DNA from: an uncultured Clostridia bacterium
GTDB taxonomy: Bacteria > Bacillota_I > Bacilli_A > RF39 > UBA660
Direction of reading: 5' to 3'
Assembly: GCA_948433435.1 (NCBI GenBank)
Contig: CAOJDX010000002.1
Span: forward strand, 25,432-89,431
DNA length: 64,000 nucleotides
The notes under the pieces were generated by a model that was not told the origin of the DNA, made no database searches, and saw nothing but the letters and a program-made list of their open reading frames with translations. Shown one piece after another: positions 60,813 to 64,000 of the stretch. A program made the translations under genes and the position numbers. Position 1 is the stretch's first letter. Each line of letters opens with the position of its first letter.

Positions 60813-60858
60813 AAGGAGGTCTCCGACTAAAATGTCGGTTACCTCTCTTTTTTTTTGC
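60813..60858 (+). terminator. Rho-independent terminator after the lysin
   Basis: The hairpin gaggtctccgac-taaaat-gtcggttacctc is followed by T9. Confidence 0.6.
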
Positions 60859-60903
60859 TCTTTTTTCTCCTTATTTTATCTATGGCTTTTATTTATGATA
60901 ATC

Positions 60904-61110
60904 TTATTGTGTCAATTCTTCTGTGCCAATATCCGTAAGTAGGGCTCTTCCCTGATTATCAGGCATAGTATAGCGTTGATTTAGATAACGAAGTGCCGCA
61001 GCAAGTTCTCCATTAGCACCACCATACTGTGTCACTAATATTTTAGCCATTTTTAAGTTTTTCTTTTTAATATTAACTGGATATTGTAATCTCTTTTCAT
61101 ATGCCCACAT
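60904..61110 (-). pseudogene. cotJC: cotJC 5' fragment (N-terminal 65 aa, premature stop in prophage end)
   Basis: MWAYEKRLQYPVNIKK...GGANGELAAALRYLNQRYTMPDNQGRALLTDIGTEEL matches the CotJC N-terminus and then runs into TQ* inside the phage arm. Confidence 0.8.
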
Positions 61111-61508
61111 TATTTACTACCTCCCTCAAATGGCCAAGCATCTACTTCCCATAAAAATGGGCTAGCATCTAATGAATCGCTATTAACAGTAATTGGTCCA
61201 TATTTTGTTTCGTATTCATCAATAAGTGAATTGGTTTTTCTACGATAATCGTTAAAAAGAGTTAACACAGATTCATCATTTGGATGTAGATCTAAATATA
61301 AATTAAGTTCATGACTAGCAAAACTAACTGCACTTAATTCTAATAATAATTTGCTTTGTTCATCTTTAGCTCTTAAAATAACTGGTTGATAATTCTTATA
61401 TTGGTCATAAAGTTCTGGAAATAAATTTCCTTTCATATATCCTTCTTCTGGTGAATATAAACTGACTGCCCTATTCCCACTTTGATCGTTCAAATTATAA
61501 TTATACAT
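61110..61508 (-). CDS. CotJA/CotJB-like spore coat-associated protein (apparent fusion)
   Basis: Its C-terminal ELNLYLDLHPNDESVLTLFNDYRRK matches CotJB. Its N-terminal GYMKGNLFPELYDQY resembles CotJA. It lies immediately upstream of cotJC. Confidence 0.55.
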   Translation of the reverse strand: MYNYNLNDQSGNRAVSLYSPEEGYMKGNLFPELYDQYKNYQPVILRAKDEQSKLLLELSAVSFASHELNLYLDLHPNDESVLTLFNDYRRKTNSLIDEYETKYGPITVNSDSLDASPFLWEVDAWPFEGGSK

Positions 61509-61559
61509 ATATCCTCCTTCTAAAGTAATATATGTCTTGATAAGTGATTGGGTTGGGCT

Positions 61560-62510
61560 TTAGTATACTAGACTAATTACATAAAATAAATAAATCACTA
61601 GAAATAAAATTCCTTCTTTTCTAGTCATTTTTTTCTTCTCCCCTATTAATGGATAAATAGAGAAGATAATAGTTGAAAACAATAAAAGCAGCATATCTTT
61701 ATTGTATGAAGAAGCATATTGAATAGGATTAATAAAGGCGGCAAGGCCTATAATTAAAAGTATATTAAAAATATTTGATCCTATTATATTCCCAATTGCC
61801 ATTTCTATTTCTCCCCTTCTGGTAGCAGAAACAGAGGTAATTAGTTCAGGTAGACTAGTACTAAAGGCCACTAAAGTTAAACTAATGATTTTTTCACTAA
61901 TTCCTAAATAAGAGGCAATTAAACTAACATTATCAACTACTAAATCTCCACCTATTTTTAAAGAAATAATTCCTATGATAATACCACTGATAGAAAAAAG
62001 AATATTTTTTCTTTTAGAATCTCTTTCTATCTTAGTGTCATTATTTTTATGAATTGCCATATATAAATTATATATTATAAATAAAAAGGCAAAACTAAGA
62101 AGAAGTATCCCCTCACTTCTAGTAATCATATTCATTTTCCCTTCTACACAATTGATTCCTAGAAATGAAAGTAAGAAAGTGGTAAATATCATAAATATGT
62201 TTTCATATTTAATGGTTTCTTTGGTAAAAATTAAAGGTTTGATTATGGCACATAGTCCAAGAATTAATAATAAGTTAGTGATGTTACTGCCTACAATATT
62301 TCCTATGGCAATATCGGAGTGATTTTCTATAGCGGCCTTAGTACTAACAACAAGTTCGGGTAGACTAGTCCCGATTGCTACAATGGTCATCCCAATAACT
62401 ATTGTAGGAATATTTAATCGTTTTGCTATATCACTTGATCCATCTACTAAAAAATCAGATCCCTTCACAAGAAGAAAAAAACCAAATAATACTAAAATGA
62501 AACAAATCAT
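61560..62510 (-). CDS. Ca2+/cation antiporter (CaCA, YrbG-like)
   Basis: It has two alpha-repeats (GTSLPELVVS, STSLPELITS) and about 10 transmembrane segments. Confidence 0.8.
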   Translation of the reverse strand: MICFILVLFGFFLLVKGSDFLVDGSSDIAKRLNIPTIVIGMTIVAIGTSLPELVVSTKAAIENHSDIAIGNIVGSNITNLLLILGLCAIIKPLIFTKETIKYENIFMIFTTFLLSFLGINCVEGKMNMITRSEGILLLSFAFLFIIYNLYMAIHKNNDTKIERDSKRKNILFSISGIIIGIISLKIGGDLVVDNVSLIASYLGISEKIISLTLVAFSTSLPELITSVSATRRGEIEMAIGNIIGSNIFNILLIIGLAAFINPIQYASSYNKDMLLLLFSTIIFSIYPLIGEKKKMTRKEGILFLVIYLFYVISLVY

Positions 62511-62589
62511 AAATCACCTCATATAAAATAAAAATTTATCTGCTTTTACTGCAAATAAATTTTCTATTTAATTAAATGTATATAATCTG

Positions 62590-64000
62590 TTATTTATTAC
62601 TACTTTCAAATTTAAAATCAGTAATATATGGCATATCTACTCCATTTTCATGAATATATTTCTTATTCATATCTAGCATTTTATTACACCAATCAATTAA
62701 TGGTTTAGAGGTAGCTTTATACCTATCTAACTGATTTAGGGCATCTATTACTAAATGGAATCTATCAATTTCATTTTGAACTCTTATATCAAAAGTTGTT
62801 GTAATTGTTCCCTCTTCTTGATAGCCATGAACGTGTAAGTTGTGATTATGTCTTTTATAAGTAAGTTCTTTTATTAATCCTGGGTACCCATGAAAATTAA
62901 AAATAATTGGCTTGTTTTTTGTAAATAGCAAATCATATTCTTCATCACTCATTCCGTGAGGATGATCTTCTTTGGAACGAATTTTCATTAAATCAACAAC
63001 ATTAATAAATCTAATCTTAATATTTTTAATGGATGTTTTCAAAATTTGAACTGCAGCAATAGCCTCTAATGTTGGCGTTTCCCCACAACTAGCAATAACA
63101 ATTTCTGGATCTTTTGCATCACTAACAAAATCCCAAATACCAATTCCTTGAGCACAGTGTTTTTTTGCCTGTTCCTTATTAAGCCACTGAGGTCTTGGAT
63201 GTTTACTGGCAATGATTACGTTAATGTAGTTTTTCGTTTTTATACAATGATCAAAGCAAGAAAGTAAACAATTACTATCAGGTGGTAAGTATATTCTGAT
63301 GATATCTGCTTTTTTAGTTACTAAATGGTTCATAAAGCCAGGATCTTGATGGGTGTAGCCATTATGATCTTGTTGAAAAACATGAGATACCAACAAATAG
63401 TTTAGAGATGCTATCTCTTTTCTCCATGCTATACTTTTGCATGTTTTTAACCACTTAGCGTGTTGACTAGCCATTGAATCAATAATTCTGATGAAGGCTT
63501 CGTAACTGTGCATAAAGCCATAACGTCCTGTCAACAAATATCCCTCTAACATGCCCTCACATACATGTTCAGAAAGATAAGCATCCATAACTCTTCCATC
63601 ATTACTTAAAAATTCGTCCGTTTTATAGGTTTTAAAATTCCATGTTCTATTGGTAACTTCAAAAGTATGATTAAAGCGATTAGAAAGAGCTTCATCTGGA
63701 CCAAATAGTCTAAAATTTTTATGATCTTTATTTAATGTAAATAAGTCCCTGATATATTTACCAAGAATCATAGTGTCTTGACTTTCAATTAGACCAGGAG
63801 CTTCAATATCTAAAGCATAATTTTCCCACATAGGAGTTATAATTTCTTTTAAAAGCAATCCTCCATTAGCATAGTTACTAGCTCCCATACATTTACTTGG
63901 TGTTGGAATAAAACTTTTGAATTCATTTTTTAATTTTCCATTGTTATTAAAAAGCTCTTCTGGTCGATAACTTTTTAGCCAGTTTTCTAATAAAGTTAAA
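62590..64000 (-). CDS. Xylulose-5-P/fructose-6-P phosphoketolase (5'-partial; continues past window end)
   Basis: The C-terminal blocks are typical of XFP (GYPGLIKELTYKRHN, HGY, EGTITTTFD). The frame is open to position 64000. Confidence 0.8.
   Translation of the reverse strand, partial: LTLLENWLKSYRPEELFNNNGKLKNEFKSFIPTPSKCMGASNYANGGLLLKEIITPMWENYALDIEAPGLIESQDTMILGKYIRDLFTLNKDHKNFRLFGPDEALSNRFNHTFEVTNRTWNFKTYKTDEFLSNDGRVMDAYLSEHVCEGMLEGYLLTGRYGFMHSYEAFIRIIDSMASQHAKWLKTCKSIAWRKEIASLNYLLVSHVFQQDHNGYTHQDPGFMNHLVTKKADIIRIYLPPDSNCLLSCFDHCIKTKNYINVIIASKHPRPQWLNKEQAKKHCAQGIGIWDFVSDAKDPEIVIASCGETPTLEAIAAVQILKTSIKNIKIRFINVVDLMKIRSKEDHPHGMSDEEYDLLFTKNKPIIFNFHGYPGLIKELTYKRHNHNLHVHGYQEEGTITTTFDIRVQNEIDRFHLVIDALNQLDRYKATSKPLIDWCNKMLDMNKKYIHENGVDMPYITDFKFESSNK

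Larger units (their letters stand above)
29709..60917. mobile_element. ~31.2-kb siphovirus-like prophage / sporulation-gene intervening element inserted in cotJC
   Basis: It is bounded by the two cotJC halves, and both junctions share the core GAATT. It contains a large serine recombinase, a lysogeny switch, packaging, head, tail and lysis modules and a DGR. Confidence 0.85.

Noticed and set aside
61509-61560. SigmaE/SigmaK-type promoter upstream of the cotJ operon and upstream of the serine recombinase (31899-32060)
   Set aside because: I can see CATA-rich and AT-rich boxes (for example catatatt upstream of cotJ), but the spacing and -35 matches are too weak to call without a position weight matrix.

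Overview
Low-GC (about 28-30% GC) spore-forming Firmicutes chromosome segment. Positions 1-29.7 kb and 60.9-64 kb are host backbone, almost all on the minus strand: dnaB-like/dnaI, comEC, comEA, a SEDS protein, def, smc, radC-mreC-mreD, a Val T-box leader and valS, a CDF transporter, pta, hsp20, a 1593-aa orphan membrane protein, an orphan LytTR regulator, a CotJA/B-like gene, a CaCA exchanger and phosphoketolase. The central ~31.2 kb (about 29709-60917) is a complete siphovirus-like prophage inserted inside the spore-coat gene cotJC. The cotJC C-terminal half lies at 29340..29693 and the N-terminal half at 60904..61110. A large serine recombinase gene abuts the left junction, as in the skin and SP-beta intervening elements. 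The prophage carries a cI/cro-like switch with three TTCAAG-N3-CTTGAA operators, a SpoVG homolog, a core-only tyrosine recombinase, an adenine methyltransferase, an ArpU-like late regulator, an HNH/TerS/TerL/portal/protease/capsid/tail module with a -1 frameshifted chaperone, and a holin/GH25-LysM lysin cassette. It also carries a diversity-generating retroelement (DGR). The reverse transcriptase has the IGxxxSQ motif. The variable region (VR) sits at the 3' end of the distal tail-fibre gene. The template repeat (TR) differs from the VR only at TR adenines across the 3' ~75 bp. Unusually, three further VR/TR-like in-frame cassettes sit as a ~157-bp-period tandem array between the VR and the TR, and no Avd is evident.
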